From: a virus
Lineage: Duplodnaviria > Caudoviricetes
Reading direction: 5' to 3' (one strand)
DNA length: 64,000 nt
Virus record (IMG/VR): IMGVR_UViG_3300032007_000058
Span: 1 to 64,000 of that record
The notes under the pieces are model-generated. The model did no database searches and had not been told where the DNA came from. It saw only the letters and a list, made by a program, of their open reading frames with translations. A program made the translations under genes and the position numbers. Below are positions 17,883-26,012 of the stretch, piece after piece (the stretch's first letter is position 1; the number at the start of each line of letters is the position of its first letter).

Positions 17883-19042
17883 GCGTCAAGAAGTACCTGA
17901 ACATCGACGTCTACGAGGCATTCCAGCGGCGGATGGACTTCATCTTTTCGGAGTTCGAGAATGTGACTATCTCTTTCAGCGGGGGCAAGGATTCTGGGCT
18001 GCTCCTTCACCTTGTGATGGATTTCGTGCGGACACATGGGATCACGAGGCGCGTAGGGCTATTCCATCAGGACATGGAGGCGCAGTATCAGTGTACGACG
18101 GATTTTGTCACGGACATGTTCGAGATGTACGCCGATAGTATGGAGCCTTATTGGTGGTGTATCCCCATAGCGTCGCGAACGGCTGTAGGGCAATATGAGA
18201 TGTTCTGGTATCCATGGGACGAGACCAAGCCTGAAGCGTGGATTCGTCCCCGCCCAGATCATCCTTATATTTATACGCTAGAGAACAACCCTATGGGGAG
18301 CTTCTATCGTTATCGAATGGAATATAAAGCCCATATGAAAGCGTTCACGCGCTGGTATTGTCATGCGCATGGAGGGGGACGGACAATAGCGCTCATGGGG
18401 ATGAGAGCAGACGAATCTTTGCGCCGATATCAGAGCATCGTGAACAAGCGTTCCGACTATAAGGGTAAAAAATGGATCACGCAAGAGCATGAGAACAGTT
18501 ATAGCTCATCGCCGCTCTATGACTGGACGACAGAAGATATCTGGCACGCCCATGCAGTGAAGGGATACACATATAATCGCGTCTACGACCTGTTTTATTT
18601 AGCTGGCTTGACTATCCATGATATGCGGGTAGCCAGTCCGTTCCACGAAGCTGCTACAGCGAGCCTTCATCTTTACAAGGTGCTAGAGCCTGAAACATGG
18701 ACGAAACTGCTTTGCCGCGTTTCAGGAGCAAATTTTGCAGCCCTCTATGGGAAGAGCTATGCGATGGGGTATCGCGGGCTCTCCTTACCCGAAGGATATA
18801 CGTGGGAGTCCTACGTCGCTTTTCTGTTAGCCTCCTTGCCGGAATATATGCGCAAGAATTATATTGAGCGTTTTGCGAAACTCGATATGGATGAGCCGCC
18901 ATGGCGCGAGATGGCTATCTGTATCCTGAAGAACGATCATCTTTGCCGTAATCTCAACGGCGCTAAGAAAAGAGCAGAGGCGCGCGTAAAACAGAAGGCA
19001 GAATGGCGAGAAGGTATATTCTCAAAATACGCTGACCTTTAA
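17879..19042 (+). CDS. ibrA: PAPS-reductase-like / DUF3440 protein (IbrA family)
   Basis: PP-loop SFSGGKDSG, MGMRADES, PLYDWTTEDIW, MRVASPF, RVSGANF, CILKND. Confidence 0.88.
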   Translation: MSVKKYLNIDVYEAFQRRMDFIFSEFENVTISFSGGKDSGLLLHLVMDFVRTHGITRRVGLFHQDMEAQYQCTTDFVTDMFEMYADSMEPYWWCIPIASRTAVGQYEMFWYPWDETKPEAWIRPRPDHPYIYTLENNPMGSFYRYRMEYKAHMKAFTRWYCHAHGGGRTIALMGMRADESLRRYQSIVNKRSDYKGKKWITQEHENSYSSSPLYDWTTEDIWHAHAVKGYTYNRVYDLFYLAGLTIHDMRVASPFHEAATASLHLYKVLEPETWTKLLCRVSGANFAALYGKSYAMGYRGLSLPEGYTWESYVAFLLASLPEYMRKNYIERFAKLDMDEPPWREMAICILKNDHLCRNLNGAKKRAEARVKQKAEWREGIFSKYADL

Positions 19043-19054
19043 GGAGATGATGTC

Positions 19055-19468
19055 ATGGATATCGTGATATACGAGAAGCGGTCACCTGAATTTTGGAGCT
19101 TGATGGGGCCGTTCTTCGCATCGCGGAAAGTCCGGCGCGATATATCCTCGATGTACGATGATGAGCGGTATGTTTGGATATTGGCTGTTGAAGATGGAAA
19201 GGTGTTAGGGTTCGTTGCGGTCCGCCCTTCAAGATCTAGCGCTCTATTATCGAGCCTTTACGTCAGAGAAGATAGTAGAGGAAAGGGGATTGCTCGTGCG
19301 TTGGTCTCTGCACATTTGGCATATTGCAGGGAACATAAGCTCTGGAAGGTATGCGTCACGGCTGCCCCATCATCGCGTGCGATCATGGAGAAGCATGGAT
19401 TTAGGGAGACGGGGGTACGAGGCAATAGCACGACGATGGAGGTCCATTTAGATGTCTACGGGCGCTGA
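19055..19468 (+). CDS. GNAT-family acetyltransferase
   Basis: LSSLYVREDSRGKGIARALV acetyl-CoA motif A; EKHGF. Confidence 0.85.
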   Translation: MDIVIYEKRSPEFWSLMGPFFASRKVRRDISSMYDDERYVWILAVEDGKVLGFVAVRPSRSSALLSSLYVREDSRGKGIARALVSAHLAYCREHKLWKVCVTAAPSSRAIMEKHGFRETGVRGNSTTMEVHLDVYGR

Positions 19469-20087
19469 TATTATGGATATGGCACAGGCCTTCTGCGCCC
19501 AGATAGAAGCCCTCCCCATGAAGGAGAAGATAGAAGGGCTTAACCTCGTCCGCAAGATGCTCCACCAGGTGAGCCCCTTCCGGGACGAGCCTGTGGACTG
19601 CGTGCTCTGGGTATCGAGCGAGGCTGTGGAGGGCAACGAGTACAACCCAAATTCCGTTGCGCCGCCGGAGATGCGGCTCCTGGAACTCTCTATCCAGGAG
19701 GACGGGTATACCCAGCCCGTGGTGACGAATCCCGAAGGGGAAAGCCTCTGGCGCGTAGTGGACGGCTTCCACAGGACGCGCGTCGCGAAGGAGAGCGCCG
19801 CCGTGCGGGAGCGTATCTTCGGTTATATCCCCGTCGTGGAGATACGGGCGGGGCGCGACGGGAAGCGGGACCGGATGGCCGCCACCATCCGCCACAACCG
19901 GGCGCGGGGCGTCCACGGCGTGGAGCGGATGTCGGACATCGTGGCGGAGCTCCATGGCCTGGGCTGGACGGACGCGGAGATCGCGAAGGAGCTGGGCATG
20001 GACGCGGATGAGGTCCTGCGCCTGAAACAGATCACCGGCCTGGCGGAGCTCTTTAGATCGGGCGGGTATTCGCGGGCGTGGGAATAA
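19452..20087 (+). CDS. ibrB: ParB/Srx-like protein (IbrB family)
   Basis: NEYNPNSVAPPEM, GYTQPVV, VVDGFHR, ATIRHNRARG, LGMDADEVLRLKQITGLAELF. Confidence 0.9.
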   Translation: MSTGADIMDMAQAFCAQIEALPMKEKIEGLNLVRKMLHQVSPFRDEPVDCVLWVSSEAVEGNEYNPNSVAPPEMRLLELSIQEDGYTQPVVTNPEGESLWRVVDGFHRTRVAKESAAVRERIFGYIPVVEIRAGRDGKRDRMAATIRHNRARGVHGVERMSDIVAELHGLGWTDAEIAKELGMDADEVLRLKQITGLAELFRSGGYSRAWE

Positions 20088-20102
20088 GGAGATAGGATCG
20101 AC

Positions 20103-20139
20103 GGGGGATAGCTCACGAAGAGCTATCCCCCGCTTTTTT
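20103..20139 (+). terminator. Terminator ending the csf-ibr operon
   Basis: GGGGGATAGCTC-ACGAA-GAGCTATCCCCC plus T6. Confidence 0.85.
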
Positions 20140-20157
20140 GTGCCTGGATATAGGGCA

Positions 20158-20442
20158 TCACTCGTCGCTCATTCCCTCTTTCATGGGTATGACCTCAAGA
20201 GGCCGATTCTTCCTTGGCCTCCTGACTGCGGCACAAGCAACGCGGATATCGTCAAATGGGACTTTGTAAAGTTTCGCCAGGTCCTCTGCGATACCCAACG
20301 GCAATTCAGCTTGACCAAGCTCATATCGCCTGAGCGTATCCGGGGCGACCCCTAGCGCCACAGCAGCTTGCGGTCGCGTCAGCCCCGCATCCGAACGCAA
20401 GGCCCCTAAAGGAGTTCGGTCTGCATTGCTCCATCGTGGCAT
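20158..20442 (-). CDS. XRE-family HTH regulator
   Basis: LRSDAGLTRPQAAVALGVAPDTLRRYELG; RBS GGAGG. Confidence 0.85.
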   Translation of the reverse strand: MPRWSNADRTPLGALRSDAGLTRPQAAVALGVAPDTLRRYELGQAELPLGIAEDLAKLYKVPFDDIRVACAAVRRPRKNRPLEVIPMKEGMSDE

Positions 20443-20483
20443 CTTCTTCACCTCCTGGATATATTATATACTATTTTTCACGT

Positions 20484-20541
20484 CTTAAAAACAAGGCCTT
20501 AATAATAAGTATATTTACTGATGTAAGGCCTTATTTTTAAG
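20484..20541. promoter_or_regulatory. 18-bp inverted-repeat operator pair in an AT-rich divergent promoter region
   Basis: CTTAAAAACAAGGCCTTA ... TAAGGCCTTATTTTTAAG (one mismatch, 22 nt apart). Confidence 0.65.
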
Positions 20542-20743
20542 GTATCATATAACCATCGAGCGAGGGAGATACTAAGAGCCCAAGCAGAGCAGATTGAAAA
20601 AATAAGCCCAGGCCTCGGGCAGACAAAGAGGTCCCCAGAAGCAGAGCGGGAGGGAAGAGCGCGAGATCGCCAAGAGGCCCGGAGAACGCCAAGAAGCGGA
20701 CGGAGGAGCAGGCAGACCTCTCAACGGTCGGCACTCGGGGACA

Positions 20744-20800
20744 GGTCGAAACCGGCGGTGACAGAGCCGGTCCAAGGGTAAAACCCTTGCTGATGAGACC
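20744..20800 (+). ncRNA. Type II hammerhead ribozyme
   Basis: GGTC-GAAA-CCGGC(loop)GCCGG-TC^-CAAGGGT(AAA)ACCCTTG-CTGATGA-GACC: all core nucleotides and three stems present; predicted cleavage after C20772. Confidence 0.9.
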
Positions 20801-20817
20801 AAAAGGAGGAGATCAAG

Positions 20818-21090
20818 ATGTTGCAGTTCGTAGAGTTTGAGGGAATTGACCACGCCAACATCGAGCTTTTCGACATCGCGGAGGAGGCCGGATGCACCGA
20901 GGCCATGGACCTCCTGCACGACGCCCACAAGTGGGCGAAGAGCAAGGAGGAGGCCTACGAGATGGTAAGGAAGGCCTTTTACGTCCTGCGCCTGGAGCAC
21001 GAGGACGTAATGAAGGAGAAGTTCGGGAAGAAGGTGTTCCCGGAATATACGGCCCTTTGCAAGACGAGGAAGGGGAGGAAGGGGGCGTAA
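20818..21090 (+). CDS. Early hypothetical protein (90 aa)
   Basis: RBS AGGAGG immediately after the hammerhead. Confidence 0.75.
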   Translation: MLQFVEFEGIDHANIELFDIAEEAGCTEAMDLLHDAHKWAKSKEEAYEMVRKAFYVLRLEHEDVMKEKFGKKVFPEYTALCKTRKGRKGA

Positions 21091-21129
21091 GCCCCCCCCT
21101 CCCCCCCACCATATCAGGAGGATAGCAAA

Positions 21130-21417
21130 ATGAAAAATATCACTCGGAAAGAACTTTTTAAGATGGGCATCAGGGCACTGGTAGAAAAAGAGCCGGAATG
21201 GATCTTCTACGGGATCCCGGACCTGCGAGAGGTCCTGAGCTATGCGGGAATCGAGGGTGCTGAGTTCGACGCCCTCATCAAAGCCGCCAGGGATAGCGAT
21301 AAGATCCAGCTCCACATAGGAGACGTGAGGTATATGACCCTAGACCAGGCACGAGCCCGTTTCACCGATGAAAACGGGTTTACCTTTGGGACCTTTACGA
21401 TAAGGAGGGGCTTATAA
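21130..21417 (+). CDS. Early hypothetical protein
   Basis: RBS AGGAGG; translationally coupled to the next ORF. Confidence 0.7.
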   Translation: MKNITRKELFKMGIRALVEKEPEWIFYGIPDLREVLSYAGIEGAEFDALIKAARDSDKIQLHIGDVRYMTLDQARARFTDENGFTFGTFTIRRGL

Positions 21418-21764
21418 TGGAGGGGACGAACTGGGCGGGCGTCATCGATCAGAACTGGGACGCGGCGCTGGCCGCGATGGTGAGGGCCGGATACGATTCA
21501 GCGGCCCTTGACGAGGATAGCGTCCTCACGGTGGAGATGGGGACCGACGGCGCGGTATCCCTGCGACGGGACAGGGTCGGGACTATCAGCCCCGAAGCGA
21601 AGGCCGGGGAGGCGCTGATCCTCTGGACGTACTGCACGGGGGATCGCTGGCACGGGGGCTATGACCCCGACCAGTACGCAAAGGTGGGGGCGGAGAAAGA
21701 TCTCTGGCTCCGCCTGCACCAGACCAACGGATACAGGCTCCCGGCGAGGCCCCGCCCCTGGTGA
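21417..21764 (+). CDS. Early hypothetical protein
   Basis: TAATG overlap with the previous gene. Confidence 0.65.
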   Translation: MEGTNWAGVIDQNWDAALAAMVRAGYDSAALDEDSVLTVEMGTDGAVSLRRDRVGTISPEAKAGEALILWTYCTGDRWHGGYDPDQYAKVGAEKDLWLRLHQTNGYRLPARPRPW

Positions 21765-21833
21765 AGCGGGGATCATATCACGACATTCCCTCGGGGGGTT
21801 TCCCCCGAGGGCAAATATAAGGAGGAGAATGAG

Positions 21834-22391
21834 ATGACAAAGTTTAACGTCACCGATCTGCATGGGAATATGTCTTGGGGTCTGCCCTGGAAGATCTCGC
21901 CATGGAGCGGCGATTTTATTGTCAGGCAGGATGATGGGGACTGGGTGGAGCCGTCGGGGATCGCCTATACCGACAACCAGAGCGAGGAGTTTGCGGAGCT
22001 GTACCTTGCCCCCCTGTGCGATAAGATCGAGGCTAAGGCAAAAGAGTGGGGCGAGGAGCTGGGCGAGAACTGGATGTTCGACGCCTGGCATGATACTGAG
22101 GATCCCGCCGAGGAGTGGAAGCCACAGGCGGAGGACTACGGGGCCTTTTGCCAGGCCCTCGCCAACGCCAACGCTCCCAGCTTCTACGGGGGCGATGACA
22201 GGGAGAGTGCCGCCGGGGCGCTCTTTGAGGATCCCGGCGATAACGAGGACTTCCAGTGGTGGATCGAGACCGCCTGCTGCCCCGATGGGTGGGTAGGGAA
22301 GATCATCATTGAAGCCGCCCAGGATGCGGCTTATGACGAGCTCCAGCGCCTCATGGAGGAGGCGGGCGAGGACGAGGAAGAGGAAGAGTAG
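21834..22391 (+). CDS. Acidic early hypothetical protein
   Basis: RBS AGGAGG; D/E-rich, 185 aa. Confidence 0.7.
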   Translation: MTKFNVTDLHGNMSWGLPWKISPWSGDFIVRQDDGDWVEPSGIAYTDNQSEEFAELYLAPLCDKIEAKAKEWGEELGENWMFDAWHDTEDPAEEWKPQAEDYGAFCQALANANAPSFYGGDDRESAAGALFEDPGDNEDFQWWIETACCPDGWVGKIIIEAAQDAAYDELQRLMEEAGEDEEEEE

Positions 22392-22465
22392 CGGGGGCTT
22401 GACGCCCCCCCTCTATACTCAAATATGGGGGGCGCAAGCCCCGACAACCCAAGGAGGTAATAATC

Positions 22466-22879
22466 ATGAAGTTTGTCCGTTACGGTGGCGCGAACAGTCA
22501 GGATAATGAGTTCTGTATCAAGAACTCTCAGGATTTTAACAAGCCCCCTGTCCGTCGTGGCATTTATGCTTTCCCCTTCGGGAAGACCGCCCGCCACCTC
22601 ATCGAGTGGAAGTATGGGAATGATAATTCCACTCGTAACGAGATCAGGGCCCTGCTGGCCCGCGATCGCCGTGATATCGAGTATCACGGCAACGTCTGGC
22701 ACCATCTGGACCCCAGCGCTGAGAGCATGGGGACCGTTGGCAGCTGGACGCTGGACCGCATCGACGTCTACGAGAAGAAGCTCCGCCGCCATATCGGACT
22801 CACGAAGTCTATCACGCTTCGTGATGGGACCCGTTTCAGCAATTCCATCCTGGAGGTGTTCCTCCCCGGAAAGGTTTAA
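22466..22879 (+). CDS. Early hypothetical protein
   Basis: RBS AAGGAGG. Confidence 0.7.
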   Translation: MKFVRYGGANSQDNEFCIKNSQDFNKPPVRRGIYAFPFGKTARHLIEWKYGNDNSTRNEIRALLARDRRDIEYHGNVWHHLDPSAESMGTVGSWTLDRIDVYEKKLRRHIGLTKSITLRDGTRFSNSILEVFLPGKV

Positions 22880-23073
22880 AAACTGGGGGCCTAGCGCCCC
22901 CTTATCCCCTAGGAGGTGAGACGATGAGACCGCGCGTCAAAAACGATTCCTGGTGCTACACAGCATCACGTACGGCGGCGCGTCGCAAGGTGCGCCGCCT
23001 GTCGAACAAGCGCCATCGCCAGGGCGATAAGGCGCTGATCCGTAACGAAAGATAGATAAAAGGAGGAGAAGCT

Positions 23074-23394
23074 ATGAAGATCGTGAATCGCACCCCGCAC
23101 CCTGTCTCACTCTGTGACGCGGACGGGAATATCCTTCGCGTCATCGAGAGCGACGGCCAGCCCATCCGTCTGGCCGCGAAGACCGTCCCCGCCGGGGACT
23201 GGGGCGGCGTTCCCCTTTCCCGGACCAAGTTCGGGGAGCCCGTCGGGATGCCTGAGCCCGAGGAAGGGACGCTCTACATCGTGTCCCAGCTCGTAAAGAG
23301 CGCCTTCCCCGGGCGGAAGGACCTGGTGGTCCCCGCCGAGGTCGTGCGAGACGCCGAGGGGAAGATCCTCGGGTGCCGGTCCCTGGGGCTCTAG
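23074..23394 (+). CDS. Conserved phage hypothetical protein
   Basis: MKIVNRTPHPV...GTLYIVSQLV...DLVVP...VRDAEGKILGC family pattern. Confidence 0.75.
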   Translation: MKIVNRTPHPVSLCDADGNILRVIESDGQPIRLAAKTVPAGDWGGVPLSRTKFGEPVGMPEPEEGTLYIVSQLVKSAFPGRKDLVVPAEVVRDAEGKILGCRSLGL

Positions 23395-23543
23395 GAGCCC
23401 ATGCGGTCATCCCCCATATCGTATCCTTGCCCCCGCATATACTGATAGACACACTGGGGGCAAGGCGTAACGCGCTTAGGGACTTGCATCCCATGCCGCA
23501 TTTGATAAAATACAGGCAAGACCTATTTTTTGGGAGGGCAAGC

Positions 23544-23825
23544 ATGAACAAAGCGGAGTTGGTCACGGAGATCGCGGAGAAGTTGGACCTGAGCAAGAAG
23601 GATGTCGGGCGCGTGCTCGACGAGGCATTTGCCTCGATCGGGGACGTCCTGGCGAAGGGGGACAAGTGTACGTTCATCGGGTTCGGGACCTTCGAGGTCC
23701 GGGACAGGGCGGCACGCGAGGGGCGCAACCCCCAGGACCCCACGAAGACCATCCAGATCCCCGCGCGGAAGGTCCCGGCCTTCAAGCCCGGCAAGGAGCT
23801 CAAGGAGAAGGTCGGAGGGAAGTAG
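23544..23825 (+). CDS. hup: HU family DNA-binding protein
   Basis: MNKAELV...IGFGTFEVRDRAAREGRNPQ...VPAFKPGKELKE. Confidence 0.95.
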   Translation: MNKAELVTEIAEKLDLSKKDVGRVLDEAFASIGDVLAKGDKCTFIGFGTFEVRDRAAREGRNPQDPTKTIQIPARKVPAFKPGKELKEKVGGK

Positions 23826-23830
23826 GCGAA

Positions 23831-23853
23831 GGGCGGGCGACCGCCCTTTTTTT
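23831..23853 (+). terminator. Terminator after hup
   Basis: GGGCGG-GCGA-CCGCCC plus T7. Confidence 0.85.
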
Positions 23854-23869
23854 GTTATAGGAGAAAGAC

Positions 23870-24196
23870 ATGGAGCCGAGGACGAACGGCTGGAAAGCTG
23901 CGCTGGACGCACTGGATGCTATCGCGAAGGGAGACAGGGCAGAGGATGTGCGCTTCGCCCTGGAACGCATCGCGCGGCTCATCGAAGCCTCCTCCCCCGA
24001 GGGGCTGAAGCTGACGGGCTGGCCCTGGGCGAAGTACGGGAAGGAACGTGTCTATATCCACGTCCTGGACGGGGACGGGCACTGCCTGGAAGATAGGATC
24101 TTCTGGGAGGCGGGGCGGCTGTACTGGCGATCCCAGCCGAGGGAAGCCCCGTGGTGGTGGCACCGCGTCTGGAGGGCATTAGCCTGCGTGAGTTGA
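23870..24196 (+). CDS. Hypothetical protein (WxKxGKxRxY motif)
   Basis: RBS AGGAG; WAKYGKERVYI. Confidence 0.65.
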   Translation: MEPRTNGWKAALDALDAIAKGDRAEDVRFALERIARLIEASSPEGLKLTGWPWAKYGKERVYIHVLDGDGHCLEDRIFWEAGRLYWRSQPREAPWWWHRVWRALACVS

Positions 24197-24255
24197 GTTT
24201 CCCCTTGGGGTCCGAAAGGACCTTATTTTTTTGACTTTTTCTTGATCTCCCCCCC

Positions 24256-24286
24256 TTGACATTATACTTGACAGCAAGTATAATGT
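24256..24286 (+). promoter_or_regulatory. Consensus sigma70 promoter overlapped by a perfect 12-4-12 palindromic operator (copy 1)
   Basis: TTGACA-17-TATAAT; ACATTATACTTG-acag-CAAGTATAATGT. Confidence 0.9.
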
Positions 24287-24340
24287 AAATATAAAGAAGG
24301 GGGCGGGGAACGAAGCCCCCGGAAAGAAGGAGGAGACGAA

Positions 24341-24493
24341 ATGACAAAGAAAGCCGAAGCGGCGGAGATGACGTGGATGGCATGGAGCTTGGCCTGGGAC
24401 CTGAAGGCTTACGCCGGGACGGACGAGGAGAAGGCCCAGTACGAAAGGGCCGCCTCCCTGATCCGGGAAGCCTACGAGACATTGAAAGCCTAG
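24341..24493 (+). CDS. Small early protein (50 aa; not in ORF track)
   Basis: RBS AAGGAGG; MTKKAEAAEMTWMAWSLAWDLKAY... Confidence 0.65.
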   Translation: MTKKAEAAEMTWMAWSLAWDLKAYAGTDEEKAQYERAASLIREAYETLKA

Positions 24494-24598
24494 CCCGCCG
24501 GCCAGGGCGAGCCAGGCAAAGGACAGCGGGGGGCCGGGCGGCCCCCCACCGAAATGATACCACAAGGCCCGCAGGAGCGGGCGGAAGGAGAGAGCAAA

Positions 24599-25003
24599 AT
24601 GAAGATGTCCAATATCGACGAGGGGAAAAAGATCTATGCGGGTATGGCCTGGTTGCACCAGAGCCCCCGTGAGGAGCGGAAGGAGCGCGAAAGCCTCCGG
24701 GGCGAGGAGTCGGAGCCCCTTCTGAAGGCGGCCTTCGGGGACGCGGAGTATCGCCTGGACCACCTGGACGGCTACGTCCCTCCCCAGAACGGGATGGGCG
24801 TCGTCCTCGACAGCGGGGGGTACTACGAGCGGAAGTCGGTCATTCACAGCCGCTCGCTGGAGGGGCTGCGGGGCCTCCTGGAGATTTGGGGGGCGACGTT
24901 CGAGAAGGACGTCACCTCCGACGGGGAGATCCAGAAGTGGAGCTGCGGGATCCTCCGGACCTTCCCCGACTCCCGCGGGGAGTACGCGATGACCGTGAGG
25001 TAG
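24599..25003 (+). CDS. Early hypothetical protein
   Basis: RBS AAGGAG. Confidence 0.65.
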   Translation: MKMSNIDEGKKIYAGMAWLHQSPREERKERESLRGEESEPLLKAAFGDAEYRLDHLDGYVPPQNGMGVVLDSGGYYERKSVIHSRSLEGLRGLLEIWGATFEKDVTSDGEIQKWSCGILRTFPDSRGEYAMTVR

Positions 25004-25058
25004 AAGGACGGGGGGCCGAAAGGCCCCCTTGAAAAATAATACCAGAGGGGGGAAAACA

Positions 25059-25862
25059 ATGTATATATACGTTTGGCTCGACGGCGAGGCCGTCGGGTAC
25101 AGTGATAGCTACATGGGAGCCACGGAGGAGATGAGTATCTTCAAGCCCTTTGGGTATCTCTACCTCTGCGAGAAGGACGCGGCCGGGGATGTGCAGTGGC
25201 TCCGCTGCAAGGCGTGGGACGAGTCCGGAGTCGATACCGCAGAGGAGGCGACGGCGCTCCTGAAGGAATATCTGGCCGCCGTGGCGGGCGTCTATGAGGC
25301 GATCCCTATCGTCTCCGAGGAGCGCCCCGAGCGCCCGGAGACCACCGCGGGGGAGTGGACGCGGGAGAAGGTCATCGAGGTCATTCGGGACGAGATGCTC
25401 CGTCGCGGCGTCGTGGAGGAGGACCTGACAAAAGCCCTCCGGTTCGCCGTCATGTGGACGGAGAATATGGGGCTCAAAGTGGAGCTGGGGCGACAGTGGC
25501 TAGTCATCCTCCCCAGCACCACGGAGAAGGAGATACGGGGTATCGTCGGGCTCTACGCATGGGACGTCCGTCAGGGATGGAAGGCCGGGGATACCAAGAC
25601 CTTACCTAAGACGCGCCAGCTTCAGGACGAGTTGAAGGATTATGTCTCTACCGCCGAGGGCGCGGCGCTTCTTGGCTACGGGCAGGAGTACGTGAACCTC
25701 CTCTGCCGCCAGGGGAAGCTCCCGGGGGCAAAAAAAATCGGGACGAGCTGGATGATCCCGCGAAAAGCTATCGAGGGGTACGTCCCCGGCCCGCAGGGAT
25801 TCGCGGCGCACCCGGAAAAAAATCCGAGGAAAAAGAAGGAGGATGGGGAGAAAATGCCGTAA
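25059..25862 (+). CDS. Hypothetical protein with C-terminal HTH_17 domain
   Basis: DYVSTAEGAALLGY...LCRQGKLPGAKKIGTSWMIP, paralogous to 12389..12667. Confidence 0.8.
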   Translation: MYIYVWLDGEAVGYSDSYMGATEEMSIFKPFGYLYLCEKDAAGDVQWLRCKAWDESGVDTAEEATALLKEYLAAVAGVYEAIPIVSEERPERPETTAGEWTREKVIEVIRDEMLRRGVVEEDLTKALRFAVMWTENMGLKVELGRQWLVILPSTTEKEIRGIVGLYAWDVRQGWKAGDTKTLPKTRQLQDELKDYVSTAEGAALLGYGQEYVNLLCRQGKLPGAKKIGTSWMIPRKAIEGYVPGPQGFAAHPEKNPRKKKEDGEKMP

Positions 25863-25924
25863 AGTATTGCAAACAGGTATTTTATCGCCATTAAATTTTT
25901 TTCGATAGTTTTTGATCTCCCCCC

Positions 25925-25955
25925 TTGACATTATACTTGGCAGCAAGTATAATGT
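25925..25955 (+). promoter_or_regulatory. Consensus sigma70 promoter with the same palindromic operator (copy 2)
   Basis: TTGACA-17-TATAAT; ACATTATACTTG-gcag-CAAGTATAATGT; flanks also similar to 24226-24345. Confidence 0.9.
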
Positions 25956-26012
25956 AAACATAAAGAAGGGGGCAGGAAACAAACAAGCCCCCGAGAAAGG
26001 GAGGAGAACAAA

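Noticed and set aside
17879-20087. A canonical Dnd/Ssp phosphorothioation system
   Set aside because: Only fold-level resemblance to DndC/DndB; no DndD/DndE, SspB/C or cysteine desulfurase
12670-20820. CRISPR array associated with the csf genes
   Set aside because: No regularly spaced identical repeats found upstream, within or downstream of the operon
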